The notes beneath the pieces are model-generated. The model did no database searches. It saw only the letters and a list, made by a program, of their open reading frames with translations, and was not told the DNA's origin. From positions 62,001 through 126,000 of the forward strand of contig CM082592.2 in assembly GCA_040954595.2 (NCBI GenBank): DNA of 64,000 bases, read 5' to 3'. Shown here one piece after another: positions 39,990-54,498 of this stretch. The number at the start of each line of letters is the position of its first letter. Positions within the stretch are counted from its first letter, which is position 1. The position numbers and the translations under genes were made by a program. This stretch comes from Balanoglossus misakiensis (lineage: Eukaryota > Animalia > Hemichordata).

Positions 39990-40848
39990 TATTTAACTGG
40001 AAAGTGCAGTTCACGAAATAAAAACCTGGATGACACATAATAAACTTCAACTCAATGGTGGCAAAACCGAGGTACTCCTGATAAGGTCTCAGTTCAACCG
40101 CTCGCCTCGTCCCATAAACCACATGAGCATTGGATCATGTTGTGTTCAAATTGTGAATTCTGCACGGAATATAGGTGTGACATTCGACGACAATTACACT
40201 TTCAATAAGCACATTAATGCAATTTGCAAGTCAATTTTCTTCCATCTGCGTCAAATCAGCCACATTCGCCGTTACCTCACTAAGGAAGTTTGCCAGATGC
40301 TGGTTCATGCTCTAATCACATCAAAACTGAACTACTGTAATGCACTACTCTGTGGTTTACCATCATCATGCATGCTACAGCATGCCCTGAATTCTGCAGC
40401 CAGGATCGTTTCTCGTACCCGTAAAACGGATCATATTACTCCTGTTCTCATGGATTTACATTGGTTGCCTGTACACTATAGAATCCAATACAATATCTTG
40501 CTTATGACATATAAGGCATTAAACAACACAGCACCAGCTTACATCTCTGACTTAATCCATCTGAAAACTTCAACAAGACTTCTTCGTTCAAATGACAAAT
40601 TTCTACTTCATGTACCATGGAGTAAGAAGAAAACGTACGGCGATCGTGCTTTTTCGTATATCGCCCCACTCATCTGGAACAGTGTCCCAATAGAAGTATG
40701 CTAGTCACCTAGCCTTGACAGTTTCAAGAAACACATCAAGACTTATCTGTTTAACAGAGCCTATTAACAGTAACTTTACATTGTAAAGCGCTATTGAACA
40801 CTATTGCAGTGGAGTTTGGTGCTCTATAAGTCATTTTGATTGATTGAT
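39990..40848 (+). mobile_element. Duplicate LINE 3' end (copy B)
   Basis: ORF 40030-40704 is continuous over the segment that is frameshifted in copy A but has its own premature TAG. Confidence 0.88.
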
Positions 40849-43800
40849 GAACAGTTTACCACCTTAGCTAAACACATAAACAGATCACCGATACGTCCGA
40901 ATAGCGCGTGTATGAGGGCTTGGCTAACTTGTGACCTCAGTAAAGATCATGTGAAAATGTCCATTTTGTTTGGTCGGGCATTCATTCTTGTCGGCAAAAA
41001 CTGCCATAGGAAATTATAAACTTAAGTCAAATTGTTGAAACAATAAATAATAGTCCATGTGTCTTGATACTTCAGATCATGCATCGGTTCGACTCTGTCT
41101 GTAGTCGGCTACCCAAATTTATTGGGAAGTTCGGCCTTTTACACATTAATACGTGTGGTTTTCGATCATATCCTACCGGTCTTATTGGTTGGCATTAATT
41201 TGGCAGTGTGCTATAAGCATATTACATCCTACATCAAACCAAAATAAAGCTTGTGATACTTTGACCATCAGTTTTTGTTTACTTTTAGTCGCTAGTGAAA
41301 TTCAAGCTCAGTAATAACTTTACAACTAACTTATTAGGGGCCCAAGCCCCTATGGGCGGGGCCCCTATTGGTATTGCTGGCATTTTTCTTCTTCTTTGGC
41401 ACTTTCATCGGCCACTAGGATCTTGAAAACGGCTAAACCTACAATTCTCAAATATGGCACAATGATGCAGGCCAATGAGATCTGGTGCAGTACGTCCGTG
41501 AATGTTAAATTAGTCAAGTGACCTGATGACCATATAAGGGCGAAATTTTCAAATTAGGGTATGTCGATTTTGAGAAGAAGATTTTTGATCATTATATTTC
41601 ATATTTTTTCATTGACCATGGGGGGTCTGGACCAAGGCATAGGCTTTACTATACCCGCATAGCAAAGCTATGACAACATCGTATTTAAATAATAACACAT
41701 GTTAGCGAGGGCAATATCATGATCTTTTGCCTGCACAAGGGATGGTGATCTTTGACCTTAATAATATTGATGATGCCCGAGCCGCAGGGAAGGGCATCAT
41801 CAATATGTTTCGATGTGTGACGTTACCAGCACATTCCAGAAGACAGCATGGCATCGTCTGTACAAGTTGAGTGAAATACTTAGAAAGATATCGCCGCATA
41901 CAGTGACTGGGCTGTGTTCATGTTTTTCTCTTGAAATCATGGACAGTGTTATACACCTCTGTATCAATGCTGTTTTAGTGACTTTTTCACACCCGTTCTT
42001 TTTGTTTTGAGTGAATAGGATAGTCAACTAACTACTGCTGGACAATGGGTGTGAGTTTCATGGCTCTCACATGATGGGGTAATCTGGGGTAACATTTTGA
42101 AAATACCATGTCATTTTCAGAACGCAGTTACGGTGTATGTACATGTGAACAGTGATACATGTACATGTGTAGGTCGGAAATTTAGATCGGGTATACACGT
42201 CTGCATCTAACACTCAAACTGCAATATTGCCAAACGTGTGTATTATACACGACATACTACATGTAGTAATTCTATTAGACTTAGTCTGCATTGGTCAATA
42301 TAATATACGGAAACTAAATATGTCGATCGGATTTAATCTTTCACAGGTCCAGCTGTGGTTGCGCAGAACACGTCTCCATTTATGGTGTGAACAGGGACTG
42401 CTGTACGCATGTGCACATCTGAGTTCACGAGGTTACACCTACTGGGGTTGCGCAGAACACGTCTCCATTTATGGAGTGAACAGGGACTGACCAAGGGGCC
42501 GAAATGAGAAGCCAAATTTCGGGTGACCCCTTGACCTTTGACCCACCTTGAAAAACACATATCTACTTCTACGCTAACTAATACACCTAGGGAGCTGATT
42601 TTTGGTGGACAGGTACAACTATTGGACCAAATCATTTCGCCGCAATGTCACATGACCTCGGTGACCTTTGAACTATTTATAACATAAATGCTCATAAGTA
42701 CGTAACTATTAGACCGACAGACTTCATATTTGGTGGGATGAAGCATACACATGTACTTGTTACCCCTTGACCTTTGACCTAATTAATTATGTGCATACCT
42801 AATTCTAGGCTTACCAATAGGGCTAGAGGTTTTGTTTCTGTTGGACATGGACAAGTGTGGGGTCCAATTTTTTCCATAATATTTTGGGTGACCTCAGGTG
42901 ATCTACTTTCTCATATCTCGGCCTCCAGAGCAGGTACAGCCTTAGCATTTCGAGGGATGGGACTAAAATGAAAAGCCGAATTTTGAGGTCACCTGTACAA
43001 CTGCTTAACTCATTAATTATGTGCATACTAATTCCAGGCGAACCAATAGGGCTGAAGGTTTGGTTTCTGATGGACCTGGACCAGTATGGGGTCAAAAAAT
43101 TTTACCCAAATTTCGGGTGACCTCAGATGACCATTTTGGCTTGCAGCTATATTTTAACCCTAATGCTACTAGGTGTCATACCTGTTTAGAGTGTCAAGTC
43201 CCTTAAAATATGTATTTGCCATTTTTTCTTCCTAAACGTATTTTGACTGTCTTGCCATGGCTCTCATATGTTAGACACACTTGGCAGTCTAAACCCCCCT
43301 TAAATGTACTAAATCGTACTGGTTTGCTCTGGTTTGGTTTGAGGGTCTTGTATAGGCCCTACTGCGTAACACGCCCTTGGCAGCCTAACAGGCCTGGGAG
43401 CCAGGATTCTAGGCACCCTGGATATCAAACTGACTTGGCAGCGTTAGGGTTAAAACTATGTATAATCACATACTAGATGTTTGAAAAATGGCAATGTCTT
43501 CTCTAAATGTTCTCCATCCAAAGGGATCTGACAAGGGTGTGTCCTGTCAGCACTTCATTTTTTGTTTGTCATAGCAATTTTCGCGACTGTTATATTAGAT
43601 TTAGAGTTGACTAAAAGATAAATGGTGTCTACGATTCCAAACACATAAAAATTACACCAGTTGTGGACGACACGACATTATTTTATTTGATGAGAGTAGT
43701 GTTCATCATGCCATAAATATTGTCAAAAAATTTGTTAGTTTTAGAAACCCAACTAAATACACGAAAAGTTGGGCTTTAGATTGGTTAACTGAAAATCAGG

Positions 43801-44520
43801 CTGATTGCAATTTTTCGGGATTAAGTGGCCCGATACTCCCAACAAGTCACTTGGAATGTACTTTCATTCTAATATTGTCATTTATTAGCATGGAGTAATC
43901 TTACTTTTTACCATAAGGGTGGAACCATGATTCATTCTCAAGAGGGGTCTGGTACCAATACTCATAATGGCCTTCGATACCGGCAGGCATGTATAGCCTA
44001 TGGCTACGCCCAGCATGAGGTGGTGATTCATACTGTTGGTTGTATGGACTAGCTGGGTTCGGTGACAGCGACACAAATTTTCATGCAGATCTTGATTACA
44101 CTTGTAGAGAAAAACAAAAAATCTACATATTGAAAGAAATGGTGATACTTTAAACTGTATAAATTATTATCCCAAGACAATAAATCAAAACTTACTTTGT
44201 TCACAAAGCTCACCAGTGAAAACAATTCTGACAGAAACATGTGTACAGTTCACATGATCCAGATGTCATCTGGCAGAAACCACTGTTCAAGCACGGATTG
44301 GGATCGCATTGGTTGATTCCTGGTTTTCAATACACAAGAAAGTTGGGACGATGAGCAATGGGGCAGAGACTGATCATCAAAAATTTGGGACAGGGAATTC
44401 CAACAAATGAGATCATTAGGTCATATATGCAAAGCAAATCAGAAAAGAGAATCAGAAGATTTTCTCCGAAGGACACCTTGCAAATTCATGATTGGAAAGA
44501 CACTGCAGTCACATGTATAT

Positions 44521-45360
44521 TGTAGTGTCCAAACACCGGTGAGCATCTATACTTTATACATTCTGTAAAATGACGTAAACATTCGGGTCATTATGAATAA
44601 AGTGCGTGAACGAGGCTAGGCACTCTCACTCTTACATGCCGGACTTGGTGTCTCGTGTTGTCATTATTGCCCACCCACGATTCTATATTTTGCGACGAGG
44701 ACAGAGAACATGGAGAATCAGCAAGCCGGATCAAGAGGTCAAATCACAAATCATACGAGGATTCACATCAGCCCGTCTCAGACGTCGTGCTCTTCGGGAG
44801 GAGACGACACTAGAGAATCTACTGAGTACAGCCTGTTCATTTGAGGTATCAGAGGTTCAGGCTAGTGGGATTGAGGAGAAAACCCAAAATAATGGTGCAG
44901 ATACGGCATCTGTGAATGCGGTCAGAAAACAGCGCCATCAACGCTCGAAACCAAATAAACAAAAGAGAGCTCATCAGCAGCCAGCGAAAGGACCGTCCAC
45001 TTGTTATTATTGTGGTGGCACCTATCCACATGACTCAGTATGTCCAGCTAAAGGCAAGTCATGCAGGAAGTGTGGCAAACCTAACCATTTAGCCAAATGC
45101 TACCATTCAAAAGGCAAGGCAAATAGGGTAGACAAGGATAAAACTGTCAAAGCTGTGCATAAAGTGGAAGACAGCTCGGGAGATGAATACTGCTTCACTG
45201 TACAACAATCAAATGGCAGGAGGCCTCGAGTAACAGTGCAGATAGAACAAACAGCAGTTGCCTCACTGATCGACCCTGGTTCTACAATAAACATGATGGG
45301 TGTAAACACACACAACAACCTAAAGAACAAACCCATGTGGCAAACAGAAAGCCCGTTTTA
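44521..45360 (+). mobile_element. Duplicate of the decayed Gypsy remnant, with an internal gag deletion
   Basis: Collinear with 18534-19740 but lacks the ~18746-19106 equivalent (junction near 44727). Confidence 0.82.
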
Positions 45361-45555
45361 CCACTGCCAGCAGTGCATTATTGAGTATTATATTATACCA
45401 GTATATTGATGGTGTAAATCAAGCTATTTGATTGGTCGAGACACGACATGTGACCGTGATATATTAGCCATATACCACAGTCATATATCATAGTCAAAGA
45501 AAATGCCTTTTTAAAATGTTTTATGCAAAGTTTCAATATACTGGCATAATATAAT

Positions 45556-45698
45556 AGCAATAAAACACCCCCAGCCATGGTATACCACTCGATTTTGACC
45601 AGTTCAACTCCATATACGCACTCGCTATCGCTCGTGCGTATATGTCGTGAACTGGTCAAAATCTCGTGGTATACCATGGCTGGGGGTGTTTTATTGCT
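45556..45698. repeat. Long imperfect palindrome within a ~310-bp segment absent from copy A
   Basis: agcaataaaacacccccagccatggtatacca...tggtataccatggctgggggtgttttattgct. Confidence 0.85.
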
Positions 45699-46609
45699 TA
45701 ATTTTAGCATCGCTGGATTTAGCTCTCGTCCAATCAGAGTTGCGGACGGTAGCATGATATAATATAGTAATATAATTGAGAATAAATCTCACGACAAGTG
45801 TACAGTTTGACAATGTACACAGATAATCCGTTTCAACAATGTTTCCTTTGTAGTGTGAATAAAACTGCACACTTTGCAAGTTTTCAACTTCAAAACACTA
45901 TGGCTATTACAGAGACAAAGCTGCTAATATACAGTGTATACCTGTCATTTTTGTTTGTGGTGAGATTTTCATTGGCACAGTCGCACAGAGCTCACACTTT
46001 CTGTTGAATTCACTGCATACTGCTAACTTTAAGTCATATATCCACTGAAACATTAAGTTATAGAATTTTCCATCGCAGTATTCTGTTTTATATACATGTA
46101 TAGCAGTCCCACACATATTGATTAATTTGACAAAAGAAACTGACTGACAATTTTCACAGCGCTCCCAGTAAAGCATCCTTGGCAGGTGCACGTCAATGCC
46201 ACACACGAGGTTAGGGTTGGCAAGTGCTGCCATTTTGACATGGGTTGTTAGCACTAATCAATTCCTACGCATGACAGAAAAATGAAGAATTAGGCTATGG
46301 GCCGGACCTGCCTATCGTTTCAAAATGCACTCTGTATATTAGGGTCTATTTTTTTTACATAAAAGACAAGTCTTCTTGCTCTAATATGATAAAATAAAAA
46401 AAACTTCAACTTAAATATTGCGTCCTCAGAGGTAATATCGAGCCCTAAAAATCAGGTATGCTAATGCGGTTAAAGGTCGTGCAGTTCTCCTTATAACAAT
46501 CGTTCGATTGGTGGTTACGTGACTGCATCAATCACAGAATGCGTTATGACACTCAGCAATTACACACACAGGGCAAACTATCAGGCAGCTACATGTACAC
46601 TAGTATACA

Positions 46610-48190
46610 TGTTACAGAAGATTAAACAGAATTTTTGGTAAGGAAAGTTTGAGCAAACTAGTCCATTCAATGTAAAAAATGGTGCTGATTCCAAAAAAGT
46701 CAGTCTTATTGACCCCTTTCAAGACAAAATTGCCATTTTTGCCACTTTTAACCCAAAAGGTCATTAAAAAAACCCACTCAAAACACACTGTTTTCATCAC
46801 ATTCGGAGATCTGATGACATTTGAGGATTATGCGGAAACAGTGACACAGCAGAATAAAAATTACAGGTGACATTTGCAAGCAGATATGATCTGACCATAT
46901 AGAAATATGCAATGTAAAAACATTAACAAGGAACATGCCCAATAAACTGTCATGTGTCATGGCAGTCTTACATGTGGTGCTAGAAAAAAAAATTGACCAA
47001 AAATTGTCTGTACACAAACACATATGCGAAGCAACTTCTTTCAGTCAGCCCTGGAACAGACACACACTGACCTGCCACTGGTAATTAAAATGTGATAGCT
47101 GGTGGTCTCTGTAACAGCTGGCCTATTTAAGTTATGTAAACATGTCTTTGTTCGAGGTAACAACTCCTTGTAAATAGTAACTTTAAAAACAACTGGACAA
47201 TTTGTTTAGGAGAAGATTTGCTAACCAAAAACAAAGAAACTTACCAAAAAAACTCGCTAAATATTTAATCTTTCTGATCTCAGAATTGAATAAAAGTTGC
47301 ACATATACAGGTATGTGTTATGAAATTATATCCTAAATTTCAAAGCAATCAGAGAAAAAACTAATTTCAAAGCAATCCAACAAGCAGTTTCACAGAAAAT
47401 ATTTGTTCAAAAGTGGCAAAAACACAAATATGCAAATATCACCAAAATTGTACAATATCTTACTTCAATCACTACAAGGAACATGCTGCCTAAGTTCAAT
47501 GCAATAGGACAAGCGGTTTCAGTGAAAACAATTTTTGACAAAAATTGCAAAAGTTTCCCCGATAACACATTTATGCAAATATCACATTTTTTACAACATA
47601 TTATTTAGGTTACCCCTACGAACATACCTACCAAATTGCAAAGCAATCTGGCATGAGGTTTTAAAGAAAAACATTTTTGACCAAAAATGGCAAATATTGC
47701 TCAAAATTATAGATATGCAAATTTTGCAACAATTTGAACAAAACTATGGTTACTTAGACAACATTAGGAGGCTTCATACTAAATTTCAAAGACTTTTACC
47801 AATAACATGGAAAAATACAAAAAAATGCAAAAAAAATAGGAAATCGATAATATTAGCTCAAAACATACAGGATTGTATGAGGTTGATATAAGGTACATGC
47901 ATACCATTTTTCAAATCAATATGACCAGTGGTTGTCCAGTTTTTGAGTTTTGACCAATTTCACATTTTCCCAGCTAATTTGCATATTTTTGGCAATGACA
48001 TCTTCATTTGAACAAACTCCCATCTACAGCCCTGCCTGCATCTACACGCCAAATATCGAGATCATACGCGCTGCGGTTTTCAAGTTTTTCATGTGGACGG
48101 ACATACAGACATACATCCATCCATCCATCCATACATACAGACGTAACCAATCCCATAAGTTCCCATGGTACATACCAATGGGACCTAAAA
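46610..48190 (-). mobile_element. HINE/DINE-1-like element on the minus strand (sister parts at 1-521 and ~20625-21770); left boundary uncertain
   Basis: The minus strand begins ttttAGGTCCCAT..ATGGGAACT (hairpin), followed by a (GTAT/GGAT/GTCC)n microsatellite and degenerate internal repeats (aaatttcaaagcaatc, atatgcaaat). Confidence 0.6.
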
Positions 48191-51100
48191 ACTTGTGACT
48201 TACATGTAACACATGTTTGCCCAGTGTAGCAGGTTGGACAGTTGCAGGTGTAGATTGAGCAGGAGCCTTGAAGTGGCTGATACACTCCGTTATTCAGACA
48301 TGGGTTTAGAAGACACTGGTTGATCGCTAAGGGTGAGAGAAATGAAAAGTATCACATTAGGGTCTTACACACTTGAGTGGGAAGTGAAATCTGTAGCAGA
48401 CTGTCAGAAGATTGCACATCCGTGTGATCATGTTCATGTGTGAAGGATAATAAAGACCACTTGATCCAAGCTTGGTGCTACCATCTCTATCATAATTACA
48501 GCATCTTATAATATTTACTAGTTGGGGGTGGGTGGGGTGGGGGTGGGGGTAGTTGATGTCATAACTTTCTGATGTTTCAATTTACGGTTGGAAAAATAGC
48601 AACATCTACACTGATGAGCATTTGAGTCAATGAAAGTATTCATCATGGCTACCGTAGTGCATATAAGTCTCTTGGTTAGCTGCACAATCACAGGCAACTT
48701 TATTGAGACAATATCAATGACAAAGCCCAGCGATTTGTACTTTGTGCGGCAAATCTGACACTGGTTTGCTTACGTTCAGCGCACGTGGTTCCGATGAAAC
48801 AGCGCGGACTCTGGCATCTGAACTCGGTGCAGGACACTTGCTGGCAGAATCCACTGTTTAGACAAGGGTTGGGCTGACACGGATTCAAATCTGTGCACAG
48901 AAGAGAAAGTGATATAAATTGTGTACAGTTAATATTTACTACATATACTTTAAACAGATTTGTGCAGTCAGGGTTGAGTGGTAAAAATCCCAGTTGGTCA
49001 ACAGAACATCACTGTGACAAATTTCTTCCATGTTCAACAAAAGAAACGTAATGAAATTTTGACACAGGTGTAATAGTGTCTTAGTGTACCATACGGTGCA
49101 GGTTGTTGTTTGGTCAAATACACAATCCCCTTTTATGGCACACACATTCTTAATAAATTTCCCCAAAATTGTGTCGTTATTCACTGTTTGATACAGGTTG
49201 GAAGAAACCAACTGCAAGCCGATTATGTGTTATGTTATTATGTTCCTCTTCATCTGAAATTTAAAATCACTCACATGTCTGATATAAATCGCCGGAGTAA
49301 CAGCTTGTACAGGAGCATGTGAATTCAGTACACCAATTGGGCGTCAGCACACAGTTTCCACCATTCCGACACTGGATGGGTTGACACTGGTTGACAGCTG
49401 TGGGATGTGCAGTCAAGATATTGTCAAAATTACAGAATCTACAAACTACACTCCACAGTCATGTACATGTATACATGACAACAACCAAAGGGCTGTTTTG
49501 AAAAACCAAATGCTGTGAAATCCTTTAGAGAGTGACAAGAAACCACAGTTGCAACCGAAAACAAAAATAGTGATAACATTAAGCTAGCCCAAAGTTTGAG
49601 TTACCAGGGCTTTAATATGTGTACCGTACTTATATTATATAATACATAACAAGTGTTTTGCATTGAATAAAATAATATTGGTTTGTACTTACGCATTGTA
49701 CATGTGGCACCAGTGAAGCATTCGGTACACATACAGTCAAACAGGAAACAGCCGTCTCACGCAACACATGTGCCACCATTTTGACAAGGCATAGGGTATA
49801 ACTGATCAATGGCTGCCAAAACAAAAATGAAAGTATCAATTACCTGCTTGTTAAAAACTTGTACATGTACTTGTGATGTTCATTTCGTTTAAATATGTGA
49901 GCAATGTCTTCATTCCTTGTTTCAAACCTATACATTTAAAATAACATAATGATGCTATTGCTAGGATTTTTCTGTAAGAATCTTGAAAAATTAAAAAAAT
50001 GTGCCATCAACATGATACAGAAGGCTTTCCTTTTTAACATGCACCTCACACTCAATTTTGACCCTACATCAGCAAATTTTGAAAGGATGAAACTTAGTAA
50101 TGCTTCCACCCCATTTATTGGTGTATGGGTCCATCTATCACATTGAGAATACCAAAAATGAGGGTTTATATACCACGCTGTGTCATAAAACAGTAATTCG
50201 ACACACCTACGGCACAGATGGCCCCAGTCCAACACTACTGGCAGTAACAGGTGTAGTCAGTATAAGAATTTGGTGTTTGGGAACAATAGCCTCCATTTTG
50301 ACACGGATTCTGATCACATGGGTTAATGACTATCAGAAAAAAAATAGTTTAAAAAACATGAAATGCAGATGGCTACACCTCAACCAAAGATGATTCCTGC
50401 ACCACAACAAAATCCTTTGACACAAGCATTATACTGGAACCATACCCAGAACACGCATTAAGTATATGATGAAGGGACAATGTCTCTATTTTGGGTAATA
50501 CAGTAAAACCTGTCTTTATGGACACCTCTCTAATCAGAACACCTAGTAAGATTGATTTTTCAAGCCAAATAGTAAGGATAATTAAGGACGTCTCTTTTAC
50601 TTAATACTCAGAGGTGTGCACCACCTTAGGAGAGATTACCTCACATGCACAATTATCTCTACAGACACTAGTCTTCAAGAGGCAACTCTTGTATATTTGA
50701 GTGATGAAAACATCCAGCTTCGTACACTTCCTCACAAGTTCGTGCCTATCCTAAATTGCACGGACATACAAATGAAATTTCTGTTTCCTTTTCCTTTCTT
50801 TTCTCTTGGGGAAATTTTAGAAATGAGAAGTTACCACACAATTCAATTGCCATGAAGAGAAAGTGCCCAAAAGATTGTCATGTACGGTACGTCAGAAACT
50901 TACATATTTCACAACGGTTACCCTCATAGCAACCAGTACAGGCACAGGTATATGCCGTGCAGGAGTTGGCCACTGCATTACATACAGCCCCGTTGAGACA
51001 GCTGTTTCGCTGGCCTGGATCTTGGACTGCAATAAAAAGTGCAACCTAATGTTATCTCAGCAATATTTACTTTCAAAATCTGTTTGATGAAAACATCATC

Positions 51101-52017
51101 ATTACCATTACTGTAAATACTGAACGGAACTTCACTTCCAAAAACAACTTGCTCATTCTGGGACGCACTTATGGGGCTATGAAAATCTCTGTATATGTAT
51201 CTTGTGTAGGGAAAATTTTCATGAACGATCAACAGTTTTTTCTTCAAATAAACATGTTTTCTTTCAGCTGTACATCATTTTTGAGGTGACCGATTCCCAA
51301 GGACCAAGGTGTGATGCTGAAGATGAAAATATAAAGTATGACCAACAGACAATGTATTGAGACATGATTGTAAATGTTAGTTCCTGCATGACAAATGTTT
51401 GTTTTAATGAGTTTTACACTGGCTGCAGTGTGTGCCGGTGAAACATCCTGGACAAGTACACTCATAAGTTGTACAAGACAGCTGAGTACACCGCCCATTG
51501 TTCAGGCATGGACTTGGCCTACATGGAGTTTGTTCTGTTTCAATGGCATGAAAAAAAATAGTAGTGACATAAGTTTTTTAGGGTATGACCATTTCCCTAA
51601 TTCCTACAGCTGTGGTTCTATCGGGTTCTCCTATAACTGAGCCTCCTAAATGTATAACTGAACAATAAGAAGTCAAGGGTGCCCTGACACCCAACTTTTA
51701 AGAGCAGTTCATTTACTGAAACTGCCAGCACCCAATATTATCCCACATGTAATCCATATGTGGAAATCAAATACACCTGTAACAGTTTTAATTTACCATG
51801 TGGGTATTTGCATGGAGGGCCATGGTATTTGTTATCTACTGATAAAATACCCTTCAAAACAATATCCTCATTTCTTCAGAAGTTTGGCAACAAGACCAAT
51901 AAAATTTGAAGTTTCACATCAAAATATACAATGCATAAATATGCTTAAAGATCTACGGAATAAAGATTGCTTGTTTGTTTGCAGGGTGTCTTGAAAGTAT
52001 ATACTCACTTGTTTGAC

Positions 52018-53135
52018 CATGGACCCTAGAGAAAGAAGGACGCGCAACTCCATTTTTTTCTTGAAATGATGTTCTTTTGCATACATTATTTCCAGGTAAA
52101 TCCCACTAATCCAATTTGCAAATAAACTGTGTATAAACTAACGCAAAGTCTCGCGTTTTGCGTGAAGTTATCACAAACACCTTAGAACATCTCGCAGAAG
52201 ACGAGAAAACTGCAACGTGGTTGAACGCAGCAATCATTTATGGAACACATCTGCACAAGTTAAACAGGAATTTGGCACCTCTGAGTCTGACAGCGTCCAA
52301 AACAAGCATCTTTTGTCTAACAGTCCGGGTATTTCACAAGGCTGTGAGCTAACCGTACCGAGGGTTGCCTGGCGGTCATAGCGCACACATGAAAATCCAC
52401 CCAGTTTGTTTACAAATTGTTTTCGTGAAATCTGTTTTATTGTTCACGAACTGCGAAATAAAATGCCCCTAAACCACAATTTTTGTTTCAATGCTTCACG
52501 CAAACATAAAATTATTACGAAAAGTGTCAGCGTTACCAAGAAATATGAGTGCCCAGTCGGACATGCAAGAAGGACGCGCAACTCCAGTTTTTTCTTGAAA
52601 TGATGTTCTTTTGCATACATTATTTCCAGGTAAATCCCAATAATCCAATTTGCAAATAAACTGTGTATAAACTAACGCAAAGTCTCGCGTTTTGCGTGAA
52701 GTTATCACAAACACCTTAGAATATCTCGCAGAAGACGAGAAAACTGCAACGTGGTTGAACGCAGCAATCATTTATGGAACACATCTGCACAAGTTAAACA
52801 GGAATTTGGCATGGATGATTTGTTTACAATTTTTAAATGAAGCTTGTGGCACTAGAAATGACCGTTCATCCGACAGACGACCATAATAATTAGCACAGAC
52901 ATCGTAATACTATTAGAATTTTAGAAAAAAACGCAGTGGCTGCTGAAATGCAGGAGTGTCAGTTTGGTGGCAAGTTTTCGCATCACTGGTGGGGTCGACA
53001 CGTGCCGAAGTAAGGAAGTCATTGTCCAACTGTCCTGGGTGTTAATTGTATGCAAAAGAACATCATCATACAGATAATCCCCAAACCCTTTGATCTTTGC
53101 CGCAGTTGCTCGTCCTTCTTTCTCTAGGGTCTATG
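52018..53135. mobile_element. P-superfamily-like non-autonomous element inside an EGF exon (one-ended remnants at ~4141-4275 and ~24419-24948)
   Basis: ~32-bp TIR CAT(A/G)GACCCTAGAGAAAGAAGGACG(A/C)GCAACT. 7-bp TSD GTTTGAC at 52011-52017 and 53136-53142. Confidence 0.85.
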
Positions 53136-54498
53136 GTTTGACAGATGTCACCTGTGTAAGAGTTCACACACTGGCATGAATAGAAATTGCACGATGTTTG
53201 CTGGCAAAATCCACCATTCATACATGGGTTGGGATCACAGGGGTTTTGCACTGGAAATTAAGAAAGGACGCCATTTTATTCCTTGCTACTCATTCTACAG
53301 TACAGATATGGCAAAAACCTTGCAGAATTATGGCAAGGGTGTGTGGAGTGATTGTGCCTACAACTTATATTAGGCTGGTATCACGTTGTTCACACCTCCA
53401 TAGATCATGTGGCAGTGACTGTGAGGCAAGGGCTTCCCTTCATGAAATCAAAGACCTGTGTACTGGAGGAGGGTTCCTTGCAAATGCTTGACTTGACTTC
53501 AAGCATACCTGTAGACTCATATGCAAATTTACACTATCTGGCCTGGAGTGAGAATTTCATAGTGGATGTGCGTTGACAAAAGGCTGTAAAATTGGCCAGT
53601 CGCGCATAATGTTTCTTGAACTAAGACAATCAAGACATTATGCGCTATGAAAGTGATTTTGATTGGGAAGAGTGTAATCTTGCATTCGATGTCAAGAACG
53701 CTCCAAGCTCTGCTGTGGTGATGGCTACACCTATGCTCAGGAAACATGCAGTATTTGAATGCATCAGAGACAAAAGGTAAAAGAGACTGCGCTGTATACT
53801 TACATATCTCACACCTATCACCTTTGTAGCAACCAGTACATATGCAGGTGAGATCAAAGCAGGAATTTCGAGCCGGTTGACAGAAGCCACCATTCTGGCA
53901 CGGATTTGGTGGACACTGGTTGAGTCCTACAAGGAAAAGGGTCAAATTTTCCATGATCATCAATGTCATGTGATTATGAATGTATGTAAGTGGCTGAAAA
54001 AAATTCCCAGGGGTGAGTTTCCTACAAAAATTGTGATGTGACAAACCGACAAATTAGCATATTAGCATAATCAGAATAAATAAAAAACAGGTAGTTTAAA
54101 AGAACAAACACTTTGGAAAAGGAATAGAGCTAAGCTGCTGTCCCTTTCTAATTGTTACTCGTTCAAAAATCACCTGTCACATCACTCCAATTTTGTATCA
54201 GTTGCACTGGCTACCTGTTACAGAGCGTATTGTTTTTAAGATGTTAGTTCTCATTTTTAAATCCATTCATAAACTTGGTCCAATCTATCTTTCTAGCATG
54301 ACTAATCTATATGTTCCGTGTCGCAATTTGAGGTCAGCTGATCAGTTCAAACTCTGCCCTGTTCGATCACGCACCAAGAGTTATGGTGATCGTGCTTTTA
54401 CTGTTGCTGCTCCAATTCTTTGGAATAATCTTCCACTCACCATTCACCAGGCACCAGACTTATCTGTTTTTAAAACAAATGTTAAAACTTTACTTTTT

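Larger units (their letters stand above)
21633..47670. repeat. Large tandem segmental duplication, copy B
   Basis: Collinear with copy A. Longer because of the Gypsy, foldback and MITE insertions. Has deletions at ~21770, ~32584, ~44064 and ~44727. Confidence 0.95.
44196..53926 (-). pseudogene. Multi-exon EGF-repeat pseudogene, copy 3
   Basis: Exons 53804-53926, ~53136-53250 (split by a transposon; donor stranded at 52004-52008), 51418-51534, 50904-51026, 50207-50329 (TAG stop), 49693-49812, 49275-49397, 48774-48890, 48204-48326, 46149-46264 and 44196-44319. Confidence 0.9.
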
